Shown in pieces: positions 1 to 12,439 of a stretch of DNA of 64,000 nucleotides. The stretch covers positions 21,700,001 to 21,764,000 of the forward strand of contig NC_073387.1 of assembly GCF_028641065.1 (NCBI RefSeq), in the 5' to 3' direction. The stretch's first letter is position 1. The number at the start of each line of letters is the position of its first letter. The stretch is from Leucoraja erinacea. Taxonomy: Eukaryota. A program made the translations under genes and the position numbers. Below the pieces are notes generated by a model. It was not told where the DNA came from. It worked only from the letters and a program-made list of their open reading frames with translations, and ran no database searches.

Positions 1-463
1 AAATTCTGGGATAGGCTGCACATCACGCATCAAAATACGAATAAAGAAAGCCCTACATTGATGTTGCAAGTTGAAGACATTTCAAACTTTGGTTATCTGA
101 ACTTCATTTCATTAAGTGTATTTCTGGTTATCAATAGCCGGTGCAGTAGATCACATGCTTAAAGCCACGCTAAATAGATACGAGTTGGAGTGGGCTGGGA
201 AATTAAAGGCAGGGACCATAAGATCCATTTCATAGACAGAAAGGAGAGAGACAGTAAATCAATCCCTCAGTATGAATTTGCTCCTACAGTGCAGTCATTA
301 TACGGGAAGCAGTTAATGGAATTGAAAAAGTGAAAATAAAGTGATAATTTAACTAAATAAATATTTGAGCGCCTTGGTGCCAACGTGAAACAGTTTAAGG
401 GAAAATGTTATATCTCTCCAGTTACATATTAAGATATTCAGGCGTGAAGGGATGGTATTTGGT

Positions 464-549
<86 letters not shown>
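464..549. repeat. Poly-G homopolymer (86 nt), probably of artefactual length
   Basis: Pure G run; generates the spurious poly-Pro and poly-Gly ORFs. Confidence 0.9.
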
Positions 550-2258
550 CTTCCACATGGATATTGACATTAAGAGGACCCCTATTCTTTCTTTCAACAA
601 TAATATGGGGGACAACATCATTTGACTCAAAATGCAGACATTTCATGCCATTTGTCAAGTGTTGTTTAAACCAGAACAGTTAAAGATAATGCGAAAGATG
701 TTTAAAGAATGGAATAGGTATTTGCAGGCAAGATCACGGCAGGATTTGTGGTCAGGCTTGTTGGAAGCATGCGTCGACTGCAATCGACTGTGCACTGGTT
801 GACTGGAGACAATGTTGAGTTGGTTAGGTGAGATTTAGGTCAGATGTGCTGAACGGTGACCTCCAACTGGTGACTGCATTGTGCTATCCAATATGTAGGC
901 AGAGAATTATAAAAAGCGGTTGGCTTGAGAGAATATGATTGACCACATTTCCCCCGTACCGGCCAGTCAGGAGTAGATACTATTAAAACGTGTCCAAGAG
1001 GACAATCAACATTTTCGTAGAGTGATTCATTTGGCAATTCAAGAAAAGTCTGACGTATGAAAAGAACACACGTTGGAACTGAGATATAGTACGTGCGAAG
1101 ATTCATGCAGCACCAACAATTCGTCACATGCCTGATGCATCAATTAAATCATATTCCTACATTAGTATCCAACACTTCGCTTTCACATTTTGTTTCCTGC
1201 AGGCCTGACGCAGAGCGAGTATCATCCGTCAGAATCACCGCAATTACTGGTTCGGGCTTCACGTGCCCCAAAATACTTTGCGGAGGACAAGTGGCGAGCG
1301 CGTCGCAGGAATCAAATAGCACTATTTGTATGTTTGATCAAGAAAATGGATCAACAAATTATCCCAAATATATCAACAACTGAAAATACTAAATAGACCT
1401 GTGCGTAAACTCCCAATGTTTCTCCCTTTATATGATTGGATCATCAGAGTCTGCAACGCAATATGATGACATGGTTTACATTAATCACCATTAATGCTAA
1501 TTGCAGCTCCCTTTTTTTTCTCCGCCTTGATATTTGAGACTTTTATTTTACGGTACGAAATGAAAATGATTTCAAAAGGCGAAGCAAAACCTTGTTACCA
1601 ATACACCCTCATTATATCTGATAGCGATTTTTTTTGCCCACTAAAAGCCATTAACTATGTATTTCTACAATAAATAAATATTATTATGCATTTTATGAGT
1701 ATTTATAAAATAATCAGTTATTAAGTGATCGAATGCTATCCCAGGATGTTCTGAGTTGCCTCTAATATAATTTAGATAACCCTGGAAACAAGTGGAAATG
1801 ATTGCACTTTCAGCGAAAATTGTGAATTTTCTGTATGATCAAACATACAGATTTGGCTGGTTCAATTCCTTCTGAATTTCCTCTTCTATGCAAGAAAGTG
1901 AACCATTAATATTTATTTTGCATTGCCAAGATAGTTTATAATATTTTTCTGCACTGTTCCAGTATTAAAATGACATCATCACTTCAAAGGCGCACCAGAG
2001 GGGCAAGGTTAGTTGTAATATTAACTTCCACAAATCTATTTTTTTTGTTCACGCAGATAATTGCACGTCAGCAAAGAAACAAATTGCAATGTGGATCGGA
2101 AAGTCAGATATTTTGTGCAGGTACTTGTTTAAGACATTTCAGGTATTGCAAATCTAACTGAAATACAGGAACTGGCGGTTGTACTTAAGAATGGGTCGGT
2201 ATGTGGAAGCCAACTTCCATCTCTGTCTTGGAGACAATTTTGTTTTAATATTGACGTT

Positions 2259-4733
2259 TTACACATTATTGTTATCACTCACGTGGTCTGGACAGCTCTT
2301 CCTCATCCTTGGGCTATCCGGCAGCATATACCTCGTCTCCTTTCCAGCAACCATTGCCATATGTGGCAATGGCGCGAAGAACATTGCACCAGATTCAGGT
2401 GCGGATCGAATCTTATAACGGCACGTCCCTGAAAGAGATCCGTTGCCTCGAACCTCAAGCAAACTGGGAACGATGTGGAAATCCGGCGTCACTTGAAGGT
2501 TGAAATTGGAATTCTGACATTCCCACTCTTTGGTGCTGCAGCAGCTGGCAAAAGAGCAAGCACCGCCTGAAGCCGTCCTGTTGCCAATCGGGCAAATTAC
2601 AACAACCAAAACAATGATAACCACCAACAAGATAAAAGATGTTGCTCCCAACGAAATAATTATATAAAATGTCAACTGCTTCGTTTCTTTTAAATCTTGA
2701 CGAGGTTCTGTAACGTCAGGCTGATGGGATATACCTTCGTCAATTAATGTCAACGTCAAGGTGGTAGTAGCAGAAAGAGGTGGAAAACCATTATCTTTCA
2801 CCTGGACAATTAGTGTTTGTGTGGTCGCGTCGCCATCTTTGAAATGCCGAACACTCCTTACTTCTCCCGAACTATGCGAAACTTTAAAAAGACCAGGAAC
2901 ACTAGCCTGATTCAGTTGGTACGACAGTTGTGCATTCTTACCGGAATCTGCGTCGGAAGCAAAGATTTTTATAACCAAATGTCCAGGTTTTGCAGTTCGA
3001 GGCACACGCAAACTAGTGTTGTTCTTAGATTTCCATGATATTATGGAGGGTGGATTGTCGTTCTGATCCAGGACTATCACACGCACAACAACATCGCTCG
3101 AAAGTGATGGTAATCCGGCATCTTGGACTCGAACGTGAAACTGAAAACGTTTAATTTGCTCGTAATCTAATGGTCGTTTCGAATAGATACTTCCATTATT
3201 TGTGTTGATATAGAGATAGGATGACAATGGCACTGACTGAATCTGATTTTCCAAAATAGAGTAAGACAGCTGTGAATTCCTGTTAATATCAAGATCCAAA
3301 GCAGTCACTGATCCAATGTAGCTGCCGGGCTCAATATTTTCCGTCACATATACCGTGTACGAAGGCTGCGTAAAGCGCGGCGCGTTATCATTTACATCTG
3401 AGATATTTACCACTATTGTCCGGCTGGTAGATAAGGGTGGGATCCCGCGATCTTTGCAAGTGACAGTTATTCTATATTGAGCAGTGGTTTCTCGATCCAG
3501 TGGTGCACTTGTGATAAGTCTGTAGGAATTGCTGAAGGACGATTTCAAGTCAAAGGGGACATTAGATGAAATGGAGCAGTCGATGTATCCATTTTTATTG
3601 GAATCCTGGTCTATCACGCTAATCAATGCGATTAAAGTTCCACTCGGATCACCTTCACTGACTGTGCCAGAAATGGAATTTAGAGTCAACAGAGGAGCGT
3701 TGTCATTGACATCTGTGATCTCCACGCGCACGCTGCAGTGTGTAGATAGCGGCTGCACATTTCCATCCCTAGCTTCAACATCAATCTCATACACACTTCC
3801 TTCTTCGAAATCCAAAGTTTCCTTTAGGTGTATCGCTCCGGATTTGGGATTAATCGTAAATATTTCGGTTATTTTTGGTTCATTATAACTGCTGAAGAGA
3901 TAGGTTATCGCTGCATTCTGTCCGTCGTCCAAATCAGTAGCGTTTAGCTTAATTAGTAAAGTGCCCAATGGCACGTTTTCTTTCACGCTAACAATGTACA
4001 CCGATTTGTCAAAAACAGGCGGATTATCGTTGGTATCCAAGATTGTAATAGATATATGAGCCGTACCTGATCTTGTTGGTGATCCGCCGTCTAGAGCCGT
4101 GAGCAACAAATGGTAGCTCGATTTTATTTCTCGGTCGACCAATTTGTTCATTATTAATTCGGGTGATTTCCATTGTCCACGACTTCGTATATCTAAACTA
4201 AAATGCTCATTTGTCGAGAGCTGATACGTACGAATAGAATTATTTACCGTATCTATGTCGTGCGCACGCTCTAACGGGAAGCGAGCTCCAGGCAGCGTGG
4301 ATTCTGTAACATCTAAACGAATCTCTTTGTTCTGAAAGATAGGCGAATTATCATTTACATCTAAAATCTGAATCTCCACACGGTACTGTTCCACGGGACT
4401 TTCAGCTACCGCTTCCAGGACCAATACACAGTTAACTCGCTGGCCGCATATTTGTTCTCTATCGATTCTTGCATTCACAAATAAAATCCCATTCATGCGA
4501 TTTACATCCAAATACTGTATCGACGCGGCCGATACAAGTCTGAATTTACGCCGTGATAGCTCCTCCGTGTTTAAACCCAAATCGTCTGCGATATTTCCCA
4601 CGAAGGCCCCGTGTTCCAGTTCTTCAGGAATGGAGTAACGAATCTGCCCGGAAACCAGATTCAACGCACAAAGCAAAAAGATGGATGATATCGCTGACTT
4701 TTTAAGCACACGGAAAATGCCTTTTTGTAACAT
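2259..4733 (-). CDS. Clustered protocadherin variable exon A (intact; signal peptide, 6 EC repeats, TM, variable cytoplasmic part; probable splice donor so exon ends at 2283)
   Basis: 824-aa ORF. QIRYSIPEE N-terminus, EC1 C-X5-C (CGQRVNC), repeated DRE/LDFE/LDYE, DxNDNxPxF and AxDxDxGxN motifs, hydrophobic TM (FYIIISLG...VVVIC). In-frame CAC|GTGAGT donor near the end; upstream CSE. Confidence 0.95.
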   Translation of the reverse strand: MLQKGIFRVLKKSAISSIFLLCALNLVSGQIRYSIPEELEHGAFVGNIADDLGLNTEELSRRKFRLVSAASIQYLDVNRMNGILFVNARIDREQICGQRVNCVLVLEAVAESPVEQYRVEIQILDVNDNSPIFQNKEIRLDVTESTLPGARFPLERAHDIDTVNNSIRTYQLSTNEHFSLDIRSRGQWKSPELIMNKLVDREIKSSYHLLLTALDGGSPTRSGTAHISITILDTNDNPPVFDKSVYIVSVKENVPLGTLLIKLNATDLDDGQNAAITYLFSSYNEPKITEIFTINPKSGAIHLKETLDFEEGSVYEIDVEARDGNVQPLSTHCSVRVEITDVNDNAPLLTLNSISGTVSEGDPSGTLIALISVIDQDSNKNGYIDCSISSNVPFDLKSSFSNSYRLITSAPLDRETTAQYRITVTCKDRGIPPLSTSRTIVVNISDVNDNAPRFTQPSYTVYVTENIEPGSYIGSVTALDLDINRNSQLSYSILENQIQSVPLSSYLYINTNNGSIYSKRPLDYEQIKRFQFHVRVQDAGLPSLSSDVVVRVIVLDQNDNPPSIISWKSKNNTSLRVPRTAKPGHLVIKIFASDADSGKNAQLSYQLNQASVPGLFKVSHSSGEVRSVRHFKDGDATTQTLIVQVKDNGFPPLSATTTLTLTLIDEGISHQPDVTEPRQDLKETKQLTFYIIISLGATSFILLVVIIVLVVVICPIGNRTASGGACSFASCCSTKEWECQNSNFNLQVTPDFHIVPSLLEVRGNGSLSGTCRYKIRSAPESGAMFFAPLPHMAMVAGKETRYMLPDSPRMRKSCPDHVSDNNNV
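2277..2282 (-). other. 5' splice donor (phase 0) of variable exon A
   Basis: CAC|GTGAGT at a codon boundary, 7 codons before the ORF stop. Confidence 0.75.
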
Positions 4734-4954
4734 TTCATTTGCAGGTTGGATTACATAAAAGCTCTGAAACTGATCTGGTTGGTAATATCCTGGATCACAT
4801 CCGAAATAAGTAAATCAATGTAGGAAATAATAGGAAACATTAAGATAATCAGTGGAGATGTTTTGTTCTGCGTTCGTACACACGCCGCCATTATTCTGCT
4901 TTCTTTCCTGAGGATTGGGGGATGGGCGGTGGATCACCAGCTACATTTCACCTC

Positions 4955-4999
4955 CTTATTGGTAGACAGCGACACAAAGAGTCTCAGCCTATAACTGCA
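4955..4999 (-). promoter_or_regulatory. Pcdh promoter conserved sequence element (CSE, CGCT box; putative CTCF site) of exon A
   Basis: Gene-strand TGCAGT-N12-CTCTTTGTGTCGCTGTCTACCAATAAG, about 235 bp upstream of the ATG; same motif before all five exons. Confidence 0.85.
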
Positions 5000-5859
5000 C
5001 TGAGACTATGACTCGCCATGTAAAATAAAAAAATTCTAACTTTTCAGCCAATTGTCCAAGCAGTTTGAAACTCTACTAAGAGATTTTATTTCTGAAGAAG
5101 GGTCCCAAGTGGGAACGTCGCCCTTCCCCTGCCCCCCGTTGGTTTTGGAGCGGGCCAGGGAGCATCTCTGGAGGGCATGGGTTGGTGATTTTTGGGGTCG
5201 GGGGCCTTCTGAGATTGATTGTAATAAGCTGGAGAACGTTGATTTATGGTAAATTATTACAAATTTCAAATTAGTTTTGTTGTACATCTTGCCGTACTTT
5301 TCGATTTCTAATGTAAGGCAACGTCACATTTATTAAGTAACTTAATAACTGAAATGTACAACGTTTATTTAAGTACAACACAGAACTATTCACTGTAGTT
5401 CACCGTTATTCTGCACATTTCGTGTATCTTAACAATGATATTCAAGTACGTTAATTTTACGGCAGAAGTATTTGCTGCTTTGCAGTTCCATGCGAACGGA
5501 CACTGTTATATGATTCAACTCTTACAATGATAACTTTTTCTTTAATGTTATATTGTACAAGAATGTGAAAATTGCATGTATTTCAGCGCTGGTTACTTTC
5601 GCACGTGGAAGTTAATATCCAACTTGAGAGACCAGACGATACCAGCTCAAGATCGATCTATACTTTAAAATCTCAACAGGAAAATCTGCCGGGAGGGAAA
5701 AGATCATAACTTTCCATGTCGATTTACCTGATCAGAATTGGACGGAACTATTCTCATTTGTTATTGAAGCAAGCAAAGGAAAGTACAGTTATAGTTTTCC
5801 GATCGGATAGACGATAGATGAGATCAAATGCATGTTGTGGACTGCCTTTTGGAGCTATT

Positions 5860-6148
5860 GTCACAGTGGCGTAGCAGTATAGTTGCTGCCTTTCGGCGTG
5901 AGAGACCCGGGTTCGATCCTGACCACGGTGTTAGCTGTATGGAGTTTGTACGTTCTCCCTGTTGCCGCGTTGGTTTTCTCCGGCTGACTCGGTTTCTTCC
6001 CACAGTCCAAAGACGTACCGAATTGGCTTCTGTAATTTCTAAATTGTCCTGGGTGTGAAGTATAGTCCCTGTGTACAGTGTGATCGCTGCTCGGCGCGGA
6101 CGCGATATGCCGACGGGCCTGTTTCTATGCTGTATCTCTAAAGTCTAA
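5860..6148 (+). mobile_element. tRNA-derived SINE (HE1/V-SINE-like)
   Basis: A box TGGCGTAGCAG, B box GGTTCGATCC, core GGAGTTTGTACGTTCTCC, CR1-like 3' end GGCCTGTTTC..GCTGTATCTCTAAA. Confidence 0.8.
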
Positions 6149-6937
6149 GGTCCATATATCCTATGCGGGCAATTTCACTATTTTTTGTAGAGGGTGCCAA
6201 CTTCAAACATTTTACACCGACGGACAGTGAAAAAAATATTTTGGAAAATAGAAGTTATCTATGATGCAGGCAACTTTATGTGGACGATGCTGAGATTGAC
6301 GAGTGGTGTTGCAGATGCAATTTATCAGGTGAAAATTGATTATTTAAACATAGTCCTGAATCATGCTTTGCAGAATGCGAGTTTGGTGCATATCAGACCT
6401 CTGCAAGCCTCTGACGTGTTCTTCGAGCCACGGTAGTTATTTGACTGCTCCAGTGGCGCAGTAATTAATATTAATCTAATGAAATGTTCATGGTTAGCAA
6501 ATAAACGATGGTAATGCGATTGAACATCAAGGATATATGGCTATATTTGCTTCGACATGGCCGTTGCCTGAAACCTCCGTGGAGTGATTACTGCTAGCTA
6601 CCCATCAATCGATGCCTGCATACTGTCTGGAATTTACCATTTATACGCATGTGGTTATTCACATGACGACATGTTCTGAATGGAATTGAGCGTGGTGCAA
6701 TCGACATTAACATTATTGATAAAGTAGCCGAGAAGTGCTGGGTATCGATATTCCCTCACGGAACTGTGCTGGCTGCTCTCCAGCAGAAAACTATAATCTT
6801 ATATTGCACGAGGCTTAAATCCAATGAATCGGTTGTTTTCTCCTTGAACCGGTTTTTCGTGGCTTGTCATGGTTACACTGCTTCACGTTCTATATTCACG
6901 TGGAATGAGATGACGATCGTCTCACTCCTTGCTTTCT

Positions 6938-8040
6938 TAGAAACATAGAAACATCGAAAATAGGTGCAGGAGTAGGCCATTCGACCGTTCGAGCCTGCAC
7001 CGCCATTCAATATGATCATGGCTGATCATCCAACTCAGTATCCCATACCTGCCTTCTCTCCATACCGCCTGATCCCTTTAGTCACAAGGCCCAAATCTAA
7101 CTCCCTCTTAAATATAGGCAATGAACTGGCCTCAACTACCTTCTGTGGCAGATAATTCCACAGGTTCATCACTCTCTGTGTAAAAATGATTTTCTCATCT
7201 CCTTCCTAAAATACTTCCCTCTTATCCTTAAACTGTGACCCTTGTTCTGGACTTCCCCAACATCGGGAATAATCTTCCTGCATCTAGCTTGTCCAACCCC
7301 TTAAGAATTTTGTAAGTTTCTATAAGATCCCCCCTCAATCTTCTAAATTCTTACGTGTACAAGCCGAGTCTATCCAGTCTTTATTCACATGAAAGTGCTG
7401 CCATCCCAGGAATCAGTCTGGTGAACTTTCTCTGTACTCCATCTATAGCAAGAATGTATTTCCTCAGATTAGGAGACCAAAACTGTACGCAATACTCCAA
7501 GTGTGGTCTCACCAATACCCTGTACAACTGCAATAGAACATCCCTGCTCTTATACTCAAATCCTTTTGCGATGAATTCTAACATACCATTCGCTTTCTTC
7601 ACTGCCTGCTGCACCTTCATGCCTACTTTCAATGACTGTTGTCCCATGACACCCAGGTCTCGTTGCATCTCCCCGTTTCCTATTCGGCCACCATTCAGAT
7701 AATAGTCTATTTCCTGTTTTTGCCACCAAAGTGGATAACCTCACGTTTATGCACATTATACTGCATCTGCCATGCATTTGCCCACTCACCCAACCTATCC
7801 AAGTCACCTTGCAGCCTCCTAGCATCCTCCTCATAGCTAACACTGCCCCCCAGCTTCGTGTCATCCGCAAACTTGGAGATGTTGCATTCAATTCCCTCAT
7901 CCAGGTCATTAATATATATTGTAAATAGCTGGGGTCCCAGCACTGAGCCTTGCGGTACCCCACTAGTCACTGCCTGCCATTCTGAAAAAGACCCCGTTTA
8001 CGCCTACTCTTTGATTCCTGTCTGCCAGCCAGTTTTCTAT
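6938..8040 (-). mobile_element. 5'-truncated CR1-type LINE (RT C-half + 3' UTR)
   Basis: GVPQGSVLGP, KFADDTKLGG and RPHLEYCVQFW motifs in frameshifted ORFs; (ATGTTTCT)n tail. Confidence 0.9.
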
Positions 8041-8235
8041 GGTGGCACAGAATTACAACACAATGTAACATAATGTAACACACAATAATGTTACAACACA
8101 ATACAACATAATGTAATCCACGTCAAAATACAAGAACATATCAAACTATTGAACAAATATATTTGGCCATTGTGCATTTGTAACTGCAATGCTGCACCCG
8201 CGCTGAGAGCTATGATCATTTACGGCTTAAAATGC

Positions 8236-8410
8236 AATGCTGGAGTAACTCAGAGGGGCAGGCACAGCTTCTCTAGAGGACATGGACAGGCGGATTTTCA
8301 GGTCGAGACCCTTCTGCGGACTCTGAACGTCTAAAGAAGGGTCCCGCCCGAAACGATACGTATCCATGTCCTCCGTGGATGCAGCCTGACCAGCTGAGTT
8401 ACACCAGTAA
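8236..8410. repeat. Inverted pair of Penelope-derived terminal-repeat fragments (hairpin)
   Basis: Arm 8236-8322 is the reverse complement of arm 8329-8410 (TGCTGGAGTAACTCAG...ACCCTTCT / AGAAGGGTC...CTGAGTTACACCAGTA). Confidence 0.7.
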
Positions 8411-9668
8411 TTCCTGGAATATGCAAGATCCCAACGTCTGCGATTTATTGTGTCCCCTTACCGCTTTTCAGTTTGCAGGTATTTGACACGCAACTGTAAA
8501 TAGTGATGCACAATACAATTTCTACCCATTACTCATGTTCAATTGCGCTTTGAGATGATATAAATCATACTTTTCGGTGTGCCGCATTCATGTTTTCAGG
8601 CGTGAATTCAGATATGTAGTAAAATGTACTTTTTATGCAGAGAGCAGCTGTTTTCTGGAACTACGTGAAAGAATGTCAGAAACACTATATAAACACAGGA
8701 ACCGTGCATTGGTGATTTATCTGATGAATGTATAGGATTCTGGAGCGGGATGAGGGATGGGTCAGCAAACCAGTCAAGATGGAGCCTTTTGTTATGCACC
8801 TTGTCGAAGTTTATGAATGATGTCCGACAACAAAAAAATATCCCATCACACTTTTAACTCGTGGTGCAGATTTTGTGGAAATAATTTGCGTTGACTGAAG
8901 GTGATCTGGTGAGGAATAAAGTCGTTCAGAATATGATTAAAATTGTTATTAGTATAGGATTATAATGAGCACCAGCAATGTGACGCAGCCATCTCACAAT
9001 TTATTTGTTGTTGCTGTGTGAAAATTATGCACCACTTCACTATAAATTATAGCATTTTTAGAATATATTTCACAATAACATTCAAGGACTATTGGCAATG
9101 GGCAATAAGTATGGTGTTCAGTATTATTTCCCACGTTGCATAGATAAATGCAAAAAGGAATTTAAAAAAAGAAAGGAGTTTTGTGCCTTGTCAGCAGAAT
9201 TAAACAGGTATTGAATGAAGAAATCTAACGATACATCAGAGCGCAAAGATTTTATTATTTAACTATTCGGTGTATTTATAGGACTACTAAAATGTGACAA
9301 TATCATGCTATATAATCAGACGGGACTGAAGAAACTTTGATTTACAATAAAGATAGGCCAAGTATTGCAAAATAATTCATATTTTCTCTTATTTCTCATA
9401 GCCTTTTTTTTAACTGTACGGAACGAGAATAATTTATCGCTACACTTAATTACAGGATGATTGAGATCTCGGGTGATTTAGCATAGGGTATCTTGATGTA
9501 AACTACTGGAATAGTATTCCATTTTTATTCTTGAAATAGCCTCAAAGGATAATCGATACATTGATTAAAAATCGTTAAGATATTGCGACAGACAAGCACA
9601 AAGACGTTGGCCTCTGCTGGATTAGAAGCGGTGTATTTTTGGAATCGATATTTGTATGTAGGTAGTTA

Positions 9669-12168
9669 TTAGTTGAGGTTGCTACTTACTTTTTTACGTT
9701 TATCAGTGTGATCACTGGTTTCTTTCGCGTAAAGCTGATCCGCAGAAATTCCGTGATTCCACTCATTAGATTCTGCTGTTGTTGGACAGAACGGTGTCGT
9801 AAACGCAGTTGCATCTCCTTGAGCTGTCGAGCGAACTCTGTAGTGGTATGTATCTAGGGAGCCGCCCTTTCGTACCTCCAGGACATTTGTAATCATTTTT
9901 GGATCAGATGCAAACTGCAGATTAAGGTGAGCGTTCCGTATTTGGCGCTCGGATTCCAAGTCACCGACGTAGCAGCATGCCGCACAAGGTCTTCGTCTGG
10001 CATAGGTTGGCCTTCTGTTAATCGGCCAAATTGCGACAGATAGCGCAATTATAACGACCAGAAGTATGAATGATAATAGCCCCAAAGAAATGACGATAAC
10101 AAAGGGTAAATCATATGAATTCTGTAAATGCGTGCTTGTGTCTCCAAAGTCTGAACGTAATTCTGCGATCTGTTCACCAACTGAGAAGGTAACAGTAGTC
10201 GTGGCGGACAGCGTAGGATGGCCATTGTCTCTCACATGTATAATGATTTTTTGTATGATGGAATCCGTGTCCTTGAAATAACGAGCTGTTCGAACTTCTC
10301 CTGAATTACGGGAAATTGTAAACAGTCCAGAATCAGTAGCACTTAGAATATGATAGAAAATGCGTGCATTCTGACCAGAGTCGGCATCGGAATGAATAAT
10401 CTTGGCTGCTAGGTATCCTGGGCTTGCCGACCGTGGTATAGCTGTCATGCTATAGTTTGATGACTCTGGAATTTTTTATCACAGGTGGATTGTCATTCTG
10501 ATCAAGGATAACCACGTTCACAGTAACATTGTTGGAAAGTGGTGGGATTCCACTGTCTTGCGCTTGAATTCTGAACTGGAAGTTTTTAAGATGCTCGTAA
10601 TCAAATGCCCGCTGCGAATAGATAACGCCTGTTTCAGGATTGATCGAGACATAGGAAGATAAAGGCGCATTCTGCACCTCGCTCTCCAGGATAGTATAAG
10701 AAAGGTGGGAGTTCAAGTTTATGTCACCGTCCGTAGCAGCCACCCTTCCGATGGAACTCCCGGGTGGATGGTTTTCCATAACGTGAACTGTGTATGACGA
10801 CAGCTGGAACATCGGTGCGTTATCGTTAATATCTGAAATGTGTATGATAAACATTTTGGTGGTGGATAGCGGAGGAGATCCCCGGTCCTTGCAAGTAATT
10901 GAGATTTTATGCTCAGAAGCTAGCTCTCGATCCAATATATCATCTGTCACCAACCTATATGAATTTTTAAATGATGATTTGAGAGCAAACGGGTGATTTG
11001 GTGAGATGGTGCAATCAACGTGTCCGTTTGCATGAGAGTCCCTGTCTCTCACATTGATTAAAGCTAGCAATGTTCCAGTCGACGCATCTTCCCGTACTAT
11101 CTTAGGAATAGTACTTGGGGCAAAATCAGGAGCGTTATCGTTCACATCGTTGAGATTCACTTGGATCGTGCAATGTGTGGATAAAGGGTGAAACCCCATG
11201 TCCTTCGCTTCCACGTCAATTTCATATTTATTTGTTTCCTCGAAGTCCAAAATTCCCTTAACTGTGATCTCCCCCGATATAGCATTAATGGCAAACAGTT
11301 CGCTCACCCGCGCTTTATTATATCCGCTGAAAGAATAAGCAATGTCGTTATTGGATCCCGCATCTAAATCGCTTGCATGAAGTTTGATCACCAGAGTGCC
11401 GGATGGCACATTTTCCATTAGCCCGACAACATAGAAGGATTGTTGGAATACCGGCGCATTATCATTACCATCCAACACATTAATAATTACATTGGTCGTG
11501 CCCGTCCTTTGCGGAGATCCACCATCCAAAGCTGTGAGCAGTAATCGATGTAGCGATTGTCTCTCTCGGTCGATCGTGTTCGTCAATATCAATTCCGGGA
11601 TTTTTGCTTCCCCGCGGATCTGAACATCTAATACAAAATGGTCATTCGGAGACAGCTGGTACGTGCGAATTGAATTTTCCCCGACGTCCGGATCGTGCGC
11701 ATCTGGTAACGGAAAACGCGCTCCGGGTATCGCGAATTCAGCGATTTCCAAACGTATTTCACTAACCGGGAATCTGGGAGAATTGTCATTAATATCCAAT
11801 ATCTCGATTTCAGCGCGATACTGTTCCACTGGACGTTCAATTAGAGCTTCTAAAGGCAGGATGCAGAGCAGGCTTTCCGGACACAGTTCCTCCCTATCTA
11901 TCGTTTTAGTCACAAACAATATTCCAGTAGTTAGATCTATATCCAGATACTGCGGTGGTGAATCAGAAACAATACGAAATCTGCGACGTAGTAGTTCTTC
12001 CACGGCTAGCCCTAAATCTTCTGCGATTTTACCAACGATAGTTCCAAGATTTTCCTCCTCGGGAATGCTGTAACGAAGCTGACCCGAAACGAGAATCCAG
12101 GCACAAAGAAGAAAGATGGACGGTGTCACAATTCTTTTTAGCGTCCGTCTACAAGCTTCTTGTAACAT
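9669..12168 (-). pseudogene. Clustered protocadherin variable exon B, split by a +1 frameshift at ~10472-10477 (pseudogene or sequencing error); probable donor so exon ends at 9690
   Basis: ORFs 10450..12324 (true start MLQEACRR at 12168, parallel to MLQKGIFR of exon A) and 9669..10448 join into a full 6-EC + TM protein if one A is removed from an A6 run (VIKIPESSNYSMTAIPR). AAA|GTAAGT donor; upstream CSE. Confidence 0.88.
9684..9689 (-). other. 5' splice donor (phase 0) of variable exon B
   Basis: AAA|GTAAGT at a codon boundary, 6 codons before the ORF stop. Confidence 0.75.
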
Positions 12169-12376
12169 ACCTGCAAATATATGATTATTTGTTTTTGGAA
12201 GATGTAAAGGCTTCCCGAAGGTTACGTTAATTGCATGTAAATTAAATGACTGAGGTCGCGAGTGAAGGGCTGGGAAACCGGCGGCTTGTTTCACGTTAAG
12301 CACCAGCAAGGCTTTTGCGTCCACGCCCTGGAATGCGAGGATGGGCAGCGGAGCTCTGGCTAGATTTCATCACCTC

Positions 12377-12418
12377 ATTGGTAGACAGCGACACAAAGTG
12401 TCTCAGCCTATAACTACA
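12377..12418 (-). promoter_or_regulatory. Pcdh promoter CSE of exon B
   Basis: TGTAGTTATAGGCTGAGACACTTTGTGTCGCTGTCTACCAAT, about 220 bp upstream of the ATG; nearly identical to the exon A element. Confidence 0.85.
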
Positions 12419-12439
12419 ATAAATCACAATAACTACAAT

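Noticed and set aside
349-683. Poly-Pro and poly-Gly ORFs
   Set aside because: They are translations of an 86-nt G homopolymer of doubtful length; no other coding signal.
1990-2006. GCACCAGAGGGGCA as a reverse-oriented CTCF site
   Set aside because: Mismatch at a key core position, no upstream module, single occurrence.
3529-3888. Antisense ORFs over Pcdh exons (also 11663-12073, 25417-25737, 50856-51242)
   Set aside because: Shadow frames of the cadherin coding strand with no independent motifs.
5860-5930. tRNA-like A/B boxes as tRNA genes
   Set aside because: They are heads of SINEs followed by the SINE core and tail; no complete cloverleaf.
12169-12324. 52-aa N-terminal extension of exon B in the ORF track
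   Set aside because: Starts at GTG. The ATG at 12168 aligns with the exon A start, precedes the signal peptide and gives the usual CSE spacing.
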